From positions 1-64,000 of the IMG/VR virus record IMGVR_UViG_3300020477_000990: a stretch of 64,000 nt of DNA; one strand, given 5' to 3'. The notes under the pieces are model-generated. The model worked only from the letters and a program-made list of their open reading frames with translations. It did no database searches and was not told the origin of the DNA. Both the position numbers and the translations under genes were made by a program. This document shows positions 1 through 8,366 of this stretch, in pieces; position 1 is the first letter of the stretch; each line of letters starts with the position of its first letter.

Positions 1-76
1 GGGGGATTAGCTCAGCTGGGAGAGCGCCTGATTTGCATTCAGGAGGTCAGCGGTTCGATCCCGCTATCCTCCACCA
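1..76 (+). tRNA. tRNA-Ala(TGC)
   Basis: Cloverleaf: acceptor GGGGGAT/ATCCTCC with G3:U70, anticodon arm CCTGA-TTTGCAT-TCAGG, GGTTCGATCC T-arm, encoded CCA. Confidence 0.97.
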
Positions 77-124
77 ATTTAAATATAAGTTATTCGAAAA
101 ATCAACAAGTTAAATATAATAGTA

Positions 125-1333
125 ATGAAACATATTAGAAAACAATTTCCGATATTTAATAAAAAACTACCTAGTGGAAAGACGCTAGTGTACTTTGATA
201 GTGCTAATTCTTCACAAAAACCACAAAGAGTAATTGATCGAATGAATACGTTTTTAACAGAAGAGTATTCTAGTGTTGGTAGAAGTATACATGAATTGTC
301 TAATAGTGCAACAAAGGCGGTTGAAGATAGTAGACAAGCAGTTGCTAAATTTATTAATGCTAGAGAACCAGATGAAATTGTTTTTACAAAATCAGCCACA
401 GAAGCAATTAATATGATATCAACGTCATATGGTAGAACAATGCAACCAGGTGATGAAATAATTACAACAGAAGTAGAACATCATTCAAATTATATTCCGT
501 GGCATTTACAACGTAAGTTTAATGGAGCAGTTATTAAGTTTCTTAAATTAAATAATGAGCATCAAATTAATATTGATGAGCTAGAATCATTAATTACAGA
601 CCGTACTAAAATAATTGCAATTACACATTTATCAAATACTACAGGGCAAACAATAGACGTTAAACGTGTTTGTGAAATTGCTCATGCAAAAGGTATAGTT
701 GTATCAGTTGATGGAACACAAGGTGCTCCACATATGAAAGTTAATGTACAAGATATTGATTGCGATTTTTATGTAATGAGTGGTCATAAAATGTATGCAC
801 CAAGTGGTATTGGAGTAATGTATGCTAAACGTAAATGGATTGATGAATTAGATCCAGCATTAGGTGGTGGTGGAATGATTACAAATGTTGATCATGATAC
901 TGTTGACTTTGCAGAAGGTTCTAAAAAATGGGAAGCTGGAACGTTAGCAGTAACTGAAATTGTTGGCTTACATGAAGCATTAAATTTTTATGTAGATACA
1001 GGTTTTGATGAAATGGTTAAGCATGAAGAAGAATTAATTAATTATGCTTATGAAAAAATGTCAGAAATAGATGGAATGCAGTTTATTGGAACAAAAAAAC
1101 GTAGTGCTGTTATTTCGTTTAATATTGATGGAATACATCATCAAGATATGGCTATGTTTTTAGATGCTTATGGAATAGCAACTCGTCCAGGGCACCATTG
1201 TACACAAATGCTACATAGACAAATAGGATGGACAGGATCTTGTAGAATATCTACAGGAGTGTACAATACAAAAGAGGAAGTTGATTATTTTCTAACTTGT
1301 TTAAATGAAATTAAAGGCAGGTTTGGCAAATAA
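125..1333 (+). CDS. sufS: Cysteine desulfurase, SufS class
   Basis: YFDSANSSQKP, PLP-lysine SGHKMYAPSGIG, catalytic RPGHHC. Confidence 0.93.
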   Translation: MKHIRKQFPIFNKKLPSGKTLVYFDSANSSQKPQRVIDRMNTFLTEEYSSVGRSIHELSNSATKAVEDSRQAVAKFINAREPDEIVFTKSATEAINMISTSYGRTMQPGDEIITTEVEHHSNYIPWHLQRKFNGAVIKFLKLNNEHQINIDELESLITDRTKIIAITHLSNTTGQTIDVKRVCEIAHAKGIVVSVDGTQGAPHMKVNVQDIDCDFYVMSGHKMYAPSGIGVMYAKRKWIDELDPALGGGGMITNVDHDTVDFAEGSKKWEAGTLAVTEIVGLHEALNFYVDTGFDEMVKHEEELINYAYEKMSEIDGMQFIGTKKRSAVISFNIDGIHHQDMAMFLDAYGIATRPGHHCTQMLHRQIGWTGSCRISTGVYNTKEEVDYFLTCLNEIKGRFGK

Positions 1334-1345
1334 ATATTAATATAG

Positions 1346-1420
1346 GCGGGTGTAGCTCAGTGGTAGAGCGTCTCGTTGCCAACGAGAAGGTCATGGGTTC
1401 GAACCCCATTACCCGCTCCA
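1346..1420 (+). tRNA. tRNA-Gly(GCC)
   Basis: GCGGGTG/TACCCGC acceptor, TCTCG-TTGCCAA-CGAGA anticodon arm, TTCGAA T-loop, TCCA end. Confidence 0.97.
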
Positions 1421-1422
1421 TG

Positions 1423-1430
1423 TATAAATA
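1423..1430 (+). promoter_or_regulatory. T4-type late promoter TATAAATA
   Basis: Exact TATAAATA upstream of ORF 1449. Confidence 0.55.
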
Positions 1431-1448
1431 AATAAAAAGAAAGAAAAA

Positions 1449-2105
1449 ATGAAAACAGAAAAAATAGAACAGTTTTTAAAGAAGGTAGAATCAGAAGTTT
1501 ATTCTGAACCAGATTCACCTATGCATACACAAATGATAGATATGGTTGTTAAAGATCTTTTAGAAAATCAATTAAAAGAAACAGATAAACAAATTCGTAT
1601 TTTAGATATAGGTTGTGGCCAAGGATATGCATTAATAAAATTTAAAGAAGCTGGGTTTGAAAACTTGCAAGGAATAACAATGAGCAAAGAAGATGTTGAT
1701 AAAACTATTGAAAGAGGATTTAAATGTGAAAACATGGATCAGTCTTTTATGACATTTGATGATAATAGTTTTGATTTTATGTTTTCAAGACATTGTTTAG
1801 AACATTCACCATTTCCATATTTAACATTAATAGAATATTTTAGAGTGTGCAAACCAAATGGTAGAATTTATATAGAAATGCCTGCCCCTAATAATCATCG
1901 TCCATTAGAAAGAATAGCAAATCATTATTCAATTATGGATACTAAAATGTGGGGTGCATTAATGATGAGAGTAGGTTGGCAAGTTTTAGTTGCTAACCAT
2001 TTTACTATTAAATTAACTGACAACAACAATCCTGATAAACCGTTTGACGAAAAGAATTTAGTTTTCGTTTTACAAAAACCAACCAATGAACAATCAACCA
2101 AATAA
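1449..2105 (+). CDS. Class I SAM-dependent methyltransferase
   Basis: ILDIGCGQG motif I; FDDNSFDF...HCLEH; RVCKPNG. Confidence 0.88.
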   Translation: MKTEKIEQFLKKVESEVYSEPDSPMHTQMIDMVVKDLLENQLKETDKQIRILDIGCGQGYALIKFKEAGFENLQGITMSKEDVDKTIERGFKCENMDQSFMTFDDNSFDFMFSRHCLEHSPFPYLTLIEYFRVCKPNGRIYIEMPAPNNHRPLERIANHYSIMDTKMWGALMMRVGWQVLVANHFTIKLTDNNNPDKPFDEKNLVFVLQKPTNEQSTK

Positions 2106-2120
2106 TAATTGGAGATAATA

Positions 2121-3179
2121 ATGATCAAAATAGATACAATTTCTCAAGAAGGATATGAGAAAGTAATACGTATAACTGAACCAGAAAGTGGATTAAATTG
2201 TGTTATTGCATTATGTGATTATTTAAAAACAAAACACATTGCTTTATGTAGTATTAAAGTAGAAGAATATACATCAGATAATTTGCATTTAGATAGAACA
2301 TTAAGATATGCTAATAGTGTAGCTAAAAAACTATCGTATGCAGGATTACCTTACACTGGTGGTTCAATAACAATCAATAAAAGTTCAATTAAAAGTGAAA
2401 GAGAAGCATTAAACCAATTGTCTACTTTTTTAACAACAAATTTAAAAGATGAGTTAGTAGCCTTTGTAGAATATGGTCTTGAAGAATTAGCATTAGATCA
2501 TTTATGTAAAAATTGTGATAGTGTTATACAAATTGATAGTGATTTGTATTTTAAAGCACAGGCAAAAGGTGCATACTATTCTATACGAGCTTTACAACAA
2601 TTTCAAAGTGGAAATAAAAATTTAAAATATAAACATATTGTAATAGACGGAGTCGGACCATTAGGTTCAGAGTTAGCACAATTACTTGATCGTGCAGGAG
2701 CAAATATTACTGTTTGTGATAATGACGAACAAAATATAAACGATTTATATGCTCATATGCATTTTGGTAAATGTACAGTTGAAGAAGCTCCTTCAGTTCC
2801 AGGTGATGTATATGTTTTATGTAGTAGTCCAGAAAAATTAGATAAGAAGTCTACATATGAAATTAAGTCGTCAAGAATTGTAGGTGTAACTGATGCACAA
2901 TTATCTAGTAACAAAGCAGGATATAATTTACATAGTAAAGATATTATATATGTTCCTGAGTTTGTTGCAGGAGTTGGTGGGTTAGTTGCTATTGCAAAAC
3001 AACAATCAAAAGTTAAAAAAACTTTAGACAAAGAGTTAGATACTATTTTTACTAGAACATTGTCGTTATTAAACCATAGTTCAAAAAATAGAAAGCCACC
3101 ATTTATTGTAGCTGAACAACAAATGACAGATAAATCACCAACTAAACAGGCCAAACAACCAGAAACAATAACAATATGA
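2121..3179 (+). CDS. Glu/Leu/Phe/Val dehydrogenase homologue, catalytic motifs degenerate
   Basis: GYEKV...ESGLNCVIAL N-terminus, DGVGPLG Rossmann motif, IIYVPEFVAGVGG; GGAG at 2111 supports ATG 2121. Confidence 0.75.
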   Translation: MIKIDTISQEGYEKVIRITEPESGLNCVIALCDYLKTKHIALCSIKVEEYTSDNLHLDRTLRYANSVAKKLSYAGLPYTGGSITINKSSIKSEREALNQLSTFLTTNLKDELVAFVEYGLEELALDHLCKNCDSVIQIDSDLYFKAQAKGAYYSIRALQQFQSGNKNLKYKHIVIDGVGPLGSELAQLLDRAGANITVCDNDEQNINDLYAHMHFGKCTVEEAPSVPGDVYVLCSSPEKLDKKSTYEIKSSRIVGVTDAQLSSNKAGYNLHSKDIIYVPEFVAGVGGLVAIAKQQSKVKKTLDKELDTIFTRTLSLLNHSSKNRKPPFIVAEQQMTDKSPTKQAKQPETITI

Positions 3180-3376
3180 CAGATTTAGTATTAACCAATA
3201 TTCTTTACTCATTGCGAGTATTGTTAGTTGGTGGAATATTAGTTAGAGTGTTTATGTATTTTGGCCAGAAATATAAATTAAAATATGAGCATAATTATTG
3301 GATTTCTGTATTTCTAATGAGTCAAATAACTTTTTGGATAGATTATATCCTATTTTCGCAACTTTTAACTCGATAA
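3176..3376 (+). CDS. Small membrane protein
   Basis: Two hydrophobic segments; ATGA overlap with upstream gene. Confidence 0.55.
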   Translation: MTDLVLTNILYSLRVLLVGGILVRVFMYFGQKYKLKYEHNYWISVFLMSQITFWIDYILFSQLLTR

Positions 3377-3378
3377 AG

Positions 3379-3420
3379 ATTAGTCTTTTTGGTTGACAAA
3401 AGACTAATAGATGTTATATT
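3379..3420 (+). promoter_or_regulatory. Sigma70-type promoter overlapped by an 11-bp inverted repeat
   Basis: TTGACA 3393-3398, TGnTATATT to 3420; ATTAGTCTTTT (3379-3389) / AAAAGACTAAT (3398-3408). Confidence 0.7.
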
Positions 3421-3426
3421 AATATT

Positions 3427-3873
3427 ATGACTATGCATTTAGAACGTGGCTTAACCACTCTGAATACAAAGAAGCGAAAGACTAAACCCAAGAAAATTGA
3501 GTATTATATGAAAGGGTTTAAAGAACAAAATAAGTTCTTAAAAAGTAAAGGTTTAGTACAAATGACCATGCAAGAATATATTGATTACAGACGTGGCAAG
3601 TTTAAGTCACCCGTTACTACAAATAGGAGTGTAGTGTCAACGGTTAGCACGTCGGTCTCCAAAACCGAAAGTGAGGGTTCGAATCCTTCCACTTCTGCCA
3701 AACCAGAACCTAAATTGAGTAACAAAATAGGCGGTGGTGCTACAAGAAATTGGCGTGAAGAAAAAGAAAGATTAGAAGTAAGTAGAAAATATTCAATTGT
3801 ACCTGCTTATAATAAAGGACCATATATGGTTGTATCAAAAGACGATTTAAAAACAGCAGGTAGAAAAGTATGA
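3427..3873 (+). CDS. Basic phage protein with C-terminal PAYNKGxY motif; contains tRNA-Trp internally
   Basis: Uninterrupted 148-codon ORF directly after a promoter; its stop overlaps the next ATG. Confidence 0.72.
   Translation: MTMHLERGLTTLNTKKRKTKPKKIEYYMKGFKEQNKFLKSKGLVQMTMQEYIDYRRGKFKSPVTTNRSVVSTVSTSVSKTESEGSNPSTSAKPEPKLSNKIGGGATRNWREEKERLEVSRKYSIVPAYNKGPYMVVSKDDLKTAGRKV
3625..3700 (+). tRNA. tRNA-Trp(CCA), nested in CDS 3427..3873
   Basis: AGGAGTG/CACTTCT acceptor, GTGT/GCAC D-stem, TCGGT-CTCCAAA-ACCGA, GAGGG-TTCGAAT-CCTTC, G73, encoded CCA. Confidence 0.93.
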
Positions 3874-4190
3874 TAAGAAATCCTGGAATTTTATTTTTAA
3901 TGTTATTATGGATTACTGCGATTGTATTTTTACAAGGGTGTGCATTCCTTCCAACAACGGCTACAACAACAGCAACAGCATCAGGTTCTTATCAAACATA
4001 TAAAACAATTACTATTGCAAAAACAGGAGTTGATGGAGCACTTGCACTTCAAGATAAAAAAACAACTACTGATCATATTTTAGAAATTGTAACAGGTAAA
4101 GACTGTAAAATTATGAGAGCAGTTAAAGAAGAAAGTTTAACATTTTTCTGTGTTGATACAATACCAGAACATATACAATCTAGAGACTAA
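3870..4190 (+). CDS. Putative lipoprotein
   Basis: Hydrophobic signal ending in LQGC lipobox. Confidence 0.6.
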   Translation: MIRNPGILFLMLLWITAIVFLQGCAFLPTTATTTATASGSYQTYKTITIAKTGVDGALALQDKKTTTDHILEIVTGKDCKIMRAVKEESLTFFCVDTIPEHIQSRD

Positions 4191-4192
4191 TA

Positions 4193-4381
4193 ATGTACGA
4201 AATTTGGTATATACCTAGAATACAAGATGAATTAGTTGTAGCACGATTTGAAAATGAAGAAGATGCACAATCGGCAATGACAGATTTAAAAGATAAAAGA
4301 CCAAAAGCATTTCCACATCATTATATTTGGAATACAGAAACTAAAACTAAAATCAACTACAAAGGAGAAATAAATGCCTAA
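4193..4381 (+). CDS. Hypothetical protein
   Basis: Tightly packed in operon. Confidence 0.6.
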   Translation: MYEIWYIPRIQDELVVARFENEEDAQSAMTDLKDKRPKAFPHHYIWNTETKTKINYKGEINA

Positions 4382-4706
4382 AACAGATGATCCGTTAGGA
4401 CTATATAAAACTAATCAATATTCTTGGTCAGAAGAACTTGATAGAGAAACTACACTTGGACTTGATTTTCAGTGGTGGTGGAATATGCGTAAGTACAAGA
4501 AAAAAGATATTCCAGCAAAACAATTTAGTGATGTAAAAATTAAACAACGTAATGCAGGTAATTATGGATGGCCTGGACCTGAAAAAACTGTAAAGTATTG
4601 GGTTGAACTTATTAATGGTTATGCAGTAGGTATGCATGAACCAAAACGTGGCAAAGCGGAATTTCCGATGTATGAAATGCCTAAAAAGAAAGAAGAGGTT
4701 GCATAA
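4374..4706 (+). CDS. Hypothetical protein
   Basis: AGGAG RBS; overlaps upstream ORF. Confidence 0.65.
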   Translation: MPKTDDPLGLYKTNQYSWSEELDRETTLGLDFQWWWNMRKYKKKDIPAKQFSDVKIKQRNAGNYGWPGPEKTVKYWVELINGYAVGMHEPKRGKAEFPMYEMPKKKEEVA

Positions 4707-4774
4707 TGGAACCAGCAAGTATAGTATTAGCAATATTTTTAGCCCTGTGGATAGCAGGAACTATTGATGGTTAA
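4706..4774 (+). CDS. 22-aa single-TM peptide (MEPASIVLAIFLALWIAGTIDG), not in ORF track
   Basis: TAATG coupling, GAGGT upstream, fills the gap. Confidence 0.4.
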   Translation: MEPASIVLAIFLALWIAGTIDG

Positions 4775-5108
4775 AAAATTAGATATGAAAGCAGTAAAGA
4801 AAGAACTGGATGAAATGTTTGATAATTATAAACCAAATCAAAAAATAAAAAAAGAACCAGAAGTTATAGATTTGGTTGAACAAGTAGCAAGGGCAAATCA
4901 AAAAGAACGTGATGCATTTACTAGAGGATTAGTTGCAAAATGGCCTTTGTTAGCAAAACAAATTATGGATAGCATACAAGTTGAAATTTTTGAAGCACGA
5001 ATTAAAGAAGAGCAAGAAACTTTAGAACGTATTTCAGAAGAAGCACGTAAAGAGGATGAACCTCTAATATTAACAAAAGAAATGGAAGTAGGTAAAAATG
5101 GAAATTAA
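4767..5108 (+). CDS. Hypothetical protein
   Basis: ORF coupled to pepA. Confidence 0.6.
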   Translation: MVKKLDMKAVKKELDEMFDNYKPNQKIKKEPEVIDLVEQVARANQKERDAFTRGLVAKWPLLAKQIMDSIQVEIFEARIKEEQETLERISEEARKEDEPLILTKEMEVGKNGN

Positions 5109-6597
5109 ATTTATCGACGATATGGCAGGTAGTGGTGAAAGCAATTGCGAAGTACACTTCTTGTATAAAATTAAAGATGATATACAACTATCACAACCAT
5201 CAGCAATATTAGATGAAGGCACAGATGGATTATTAAGTGAAACATTAAACAATAATAAATTTAAAGGAAAGTTTTTAGATAGTTTCTTTATAACATCAAA
5301 TAATTTGCCTTGCCATGATGCATTGTTTATATGTGTTGGTGATCCTAATGAATTAACAGAAAGCAAAAATGAAAAAATTGGTGGAGCAATTTATAGTAAA
5401 TTGCAAGAACGTGGCACACAAGGAAAAGTATTAATTTTTATTGATGATAAAATGAAAGGTCATCCTGCAACAAATATTGGGTTTGGTATGCAGTTAAAAG
5501 AATATAAGTTTGACAAATATTTTACTAAAAAAGATAAAGAAAAAACAGACTTTGAAGTAGTTGTTTGTCGCGACGGTGTTGCATCTACAACATTAGAAAA
5601 AGAATTTATAGATAAACAAGCAATGGCTGATAGTATTGCCTTTACTAAAGATTTAATTTCTGAACCATCAAATGTATTGTATCCTAAATCATATGCTGAT
5701 AGAGTTAACGATTTAGAAAAATTTGGAATAAAAGTTACAGTATATGGTGAAAAAGAATTAAAAAAAATAGGTGCAGATGCATTATTGGCAGTTGGACAAG
5801 GTAGTGAAAGAGAATCACAAATGGTAGTAATGGAATGGCAAGGTGGTAAAAAATCTGAAAAACCTGTAGCATTTGTTGGTAAAGGAGTTTGCTTTGATAC
5901 TGGTGGGTATTCAATTAAGCCATCTAAAGGTTTAAAAGACATGAAATATGATATGGGTGGATCAGCAGTAGTTGTTGGTACTATGATGAGTATTGCAAAA
6001 CGTAATTTACCTATTAATGCAGTTGGAGTTATTGGATTAGTTGAAAATATGGTGTCTAGTACAGCATATAAGCCAGGTGATGTTATTAATTCTATGAGTG
6101 GGCAAACAATTGAAATTGATAATACAGATGCAGAAGGTAGAGTAGTATTAGCAGATTGTTTATGGTACACACAAGATAAGTTTAAACCAAAAACAATGAT
6201 TAATTTAGCAACATTAACAGGAGCAATATCAATTGCACTTGGTGATCAACTTGCTGGTATATTTTCAAATAATGATGAATTAAGTAATCAATTAATTGAT
6301 GCTGGGCATCAAGTAGATGAAAAAGTTTGGCGTTTACCATGCGATCCAATAGGAGAAAGATATGACAAGTATGTTGATTCAACTATTGCAGATATGCATA
6401 ATGTAGGTAAAGGTGGTGAAGCAAGTTCAACAACAGCGGCACAATTTTTGCAAAGGTTTGTTAATGATACTCCATGGACACATATTGATATAGCTGGAGT
6501 TACTTGGAATGATAAAGGATCTATGACAGCATCTGGTGGTGCAACTGGTTGGGGAGTTAAGCTCTTAAACAAATGGGTAGATAACCTTGATGGTTAA
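5098..6597 (+). CDS. pepA: Leucyl aminopeptidase (M17)
   Basis: VGKGVCFDTGG, MKYDMGG, NTDAEGR, ATLTGA, HIDIAG. Confidence 0.95.
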   Translation: MEIKFIDDMAGSGESNCEVHFLYKIKDDIQLSQPSAILDEGTDGLLSETLNNNKFKGKFLDSFFITSNNLPCHDALFICVGDPNELTESKNEKIGGAIYSKLQERGTQGKVLIFIDDKMKGHPATNIGFGMQLKEYKFDKYFTKKDKEKTDFEVVVCRDGVASTTLEKEFIDKQAMADSIAFTKDLISEPSNVLYPKSYADRVNDLEKFGIKVTVYGEKELKKIGADALLAVGQGSERESQMVVMEWQGGKKSEKPVAFVGKGVCFDTGGYSIKPSKGLKDMKYDMGGSAVVVGTMMSIAKRNLPINAVGVIGLVENMVSSTAYKPGDVINSMSGQTIEIDNTDAEGRVVLADCLWYTQDKFKPKTMINLATLTGAISIALGDQLAGIFSNNDELSNQLIDAGHQVDEKVWRLPCDPIGERYDKYVDSTIADMHNVGKGGEASSTTAAQFLQRFVNDTPWTHIDIAGVTWNDKGSMTASGGATGWGVKLLNKWVDNLDG

Positions 6598-6856
6598 GCA
6601 AGAAACAATATCACGTCAAGAGCTTAATGAATTAAAAGAATTAATTCAAGAAGAAGCATTAATAACTAGAAGGACAATAGTGAAAACATCACAAAAAACA
6701 GACCCACAAAGTTTAAGGCGTAAAGTTTCTGAAGTAGAACGAAAACAAAAACAGGAACAATATATGCGTAAAAAATATCCAGCAGTTAATGAAGCATATA
6801 AAAATTATCAAGAAGCATTTAAGTATTATAAAATGATAATGAGAACTGTAAAATAG
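6587..6856 (+). CDS. Hypothetical helical protein, paralogue of next ORF
   Basis: Shares SLRRK...EQYMRxxYPxVNEAYKxYQ with 6860..7093. Confidence 0.65.
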   Translation: MMVKQETISRQELNELKELIQEEALITRRTIVKTSQKTDPQSLRRKVSEVERKQKQEQYMRKKYPAVNEAYKNYQEAFKYYKMIMRTVK

Positions 6857-6859
6857 AGT

Positions 6860-7093
6860 ATGGACAAAGAAAAAGATTTAGCACATGAGTTTGAAAATAT
6901 GAGACAAGAATTAATGAAGCACCACGATACAGAATACGGAAATGAAATAGAAGTTCATTCTTTAAGACGTAAGCTCTTAAAACAAGAGCAAAAAATGAAG
7001 CATGAGCAATATATGAGAAGACGTTATCCGTCAGTAAATGAAGCATATAAGCAGTATCAAATGCTCCTAAAATTAACAAAATCGCATAAGTAA
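6860..7093 (+). CDS. Hypothetical helical protein, paralogue of previous ORF
   Basis: Same shared motif. Confidence 0.65.
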   Translation: MDKEKDLAHEFENMRQELMKHHDTEYGNEIEVHSLRRKLLKQEQKMKHEQYMRRRYPSVNEAYKQYQMLLKLTKSHK

Positions 7094-7107
7094 ATTGATA
7101 AATAAAT

Positions 7108-7133
7108 ACTGAAGAGCAGACTTCAGTTTATTT
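7108..7133 (+). terminator. Hairpin in hfq leader, possible terminator
   Basis: ACTGAAG/CTTCAGT stem followed by TTATTT. Confidence 0.35.
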
Positions 7134-7143
7134 AGGTATAACT

Positions 7144-7350
7144 ATGAACGAAAATGAAACAAATTTTATAAAAAAATTAATAGACAAAAATGCACAGGTG
7201 ACAATTTTTCTAATTAATGGTGTTAAACTAACTGGAGAAATTACCGCTGTGGATCAAAATACATTAAATTTGAAACGTGAAAAACATACTCAATTGGTAT
7301 ATAAAAACGCGATTTCAACTATAATGCCCCTAGAACCCCTAGAAATTTAA
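7144..7350 (+). CDS. hfq: RNA chaperone Hfq, divergent
   Basis: Sm1 VTIFLINGVKLTG and Sm2 QLVYKNAISTIMP. Confidence 0.9.
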   Translation: MNENETNFIKKLIDKNAQVTIFLINGVKLTGEITAVDQNTLNLKREKHTQLVYKNAISTIMPLEPLEI

Positions 7351-7351
7351 T

Positions 7352-7359
7352 TATAAATA
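7352..7359 (+). promoter_or_regulatory. T4-type late promoter TATAAATA
   Basis: Exact match directly before the non-coding structured region. Confidence 0.6.
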
Positions 7360-7363
7360 CTAT

Positions 7364-7575
7364 TGATATAGATGAGTAAGGAAACTTATGAAGGGACTGG
7401 AAAGGTTTTCCTATTTTAGAGCCCGACTATATAAGGTGTGTCATATCTCGCCTATTGACTGAACATATGGCCGGGTGAATATACCGTTGGGTAACACCAG
7501 AGAATTATTCTAACGGAACCCTGTAGAAGAAGGATATATTTTAGGCCAAAGTATAGCTGGGCATTGCAGGGTTTA
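7364..7575 (+). ncRNA. Putative structured ncRNA (~210 nt), family unrecognised
   Basis: No ORF, GC-richer than flanks, several nested stems (7376-7389 GAAA hairpin, 7421-7476, 7484-7516, 7517-7573). Confidence 0.6.
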
Positions 7576-7585
7576 GTGATTTTAA

Positions 7586-7614
7586 TTGACTTTTTATGAA
7601 AAAAATATTAAAAT
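7586..7614 (+). promoter_or_regulatory. Sigma70-type promoter
   Basis: TTGACT-N17-TAAAAT. Confidence 0.5.
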
Positions 7615-7636
7615 AAAACATAATAAGGAGAAATAT

Positions 7637-7819
7637 ATGAGTACAACAAATCAACAACTTTTAACTTTATTTGATGAATACAAAGAAAACAATGATAAGT
7701 TTGCAGAAAAAGGTAATAAAGCCGCAGGTACTAGAGCTAGAAAAGCCTTATCTGAAATGACAAAGTTAGCTAAAGTGAGAAGAAAAGAAATCCAAGAAGC
7801 AAAAACTGTAACGGCATAA
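7637..7819 (+). CDS. Small basic histone H1/Hc1-like nucleoid protein
   Basis: GNKAAGTRARKAL...RKEIQ; AAGGAG RBS before ATG 7637. Confidence 0.7.
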   Translation: MSTTNQQLLTLFDEYKENNDKFAEKGNKAAGTRARKALSEMTKLAKVRRKEIQEAKTVTA

Positions 7820-7823
7820 TTAA

Positions 7824-8366
7824 ATGGAAACTTCGAACGACAAGTACGAAATTATAAGAACGGTGTGGCGTTCTGGTCGCAAGAATGATTTTGGAGATGA
7901 ATTGGTTGTTACACAAGGTAATGTTAATTTAAAGTTAGCATATATTATGGCATGGGAAGTAAATGAAAATAGACCCGAGTGTGTTTGCTGGAATGGCACC
8001 GTAGCATACTTTCCACGTATGTTTTGGTTAGACAGCATTCCAAAAAATTTTATTAAAGTTTATAACCACTCTGAAGAGAAACATTACTTAATTGAAAAGG
8101 ATAAACATTATACTATAAATGAAGATGGCATTTATGTGAAGTATAATAAAGAAGAAGGTACAGATGTGTATCAACCACAATTTATAAATGTAACTAAAAA
8201 CCCATCAGCATTAACACAGGCAATAGAATATGTGCTTTGGTTTAATGAAAATCAACGTCAACTTGACACTTATAATAGGTTATTAAGTACGTCAAAACAA
8301 GCAAGAAAACGTAGAAGAAATAGAGCTTCTAAAACGGTTGAAAAACAGATAAATACTACATTATGA
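7824..8366 (+). CDS. Hypothetical protein
   Basis: 180-aa ORF in operon. Confidence 0.65.
   Translation: METSNDKYEIIRTVWRSGRKNDFGDELVVTQGNVNLKLAYIMAWEVNENRPECVCWNGTVAYFPRMFWLDSIPKNFIKVYNHSEEKHYLIEKDKHYTINEDGIYVKYNKEEGTDVYQPQFINVTKNPSALTQAIEYVLWFNENQRQLDTYNRLLSTSKQARKRRRNRASKTVEKQINTTL

Noticed and set aside
7361-7420. Hammerhead-like pattern TAGATGA-stem(GAAA)-GAAG
   Set aside because: C3, U4 and A15.1 deviate and stems I/III are weak; kept only as part of the unknown ncRNA
7364-7575. tmRNA, RNase P or 6S identity, or a short ORF at 7372
   Set aside because: No tRNA-like ends, no P4 signature, not a single rod; the ORF stops after 15 codons
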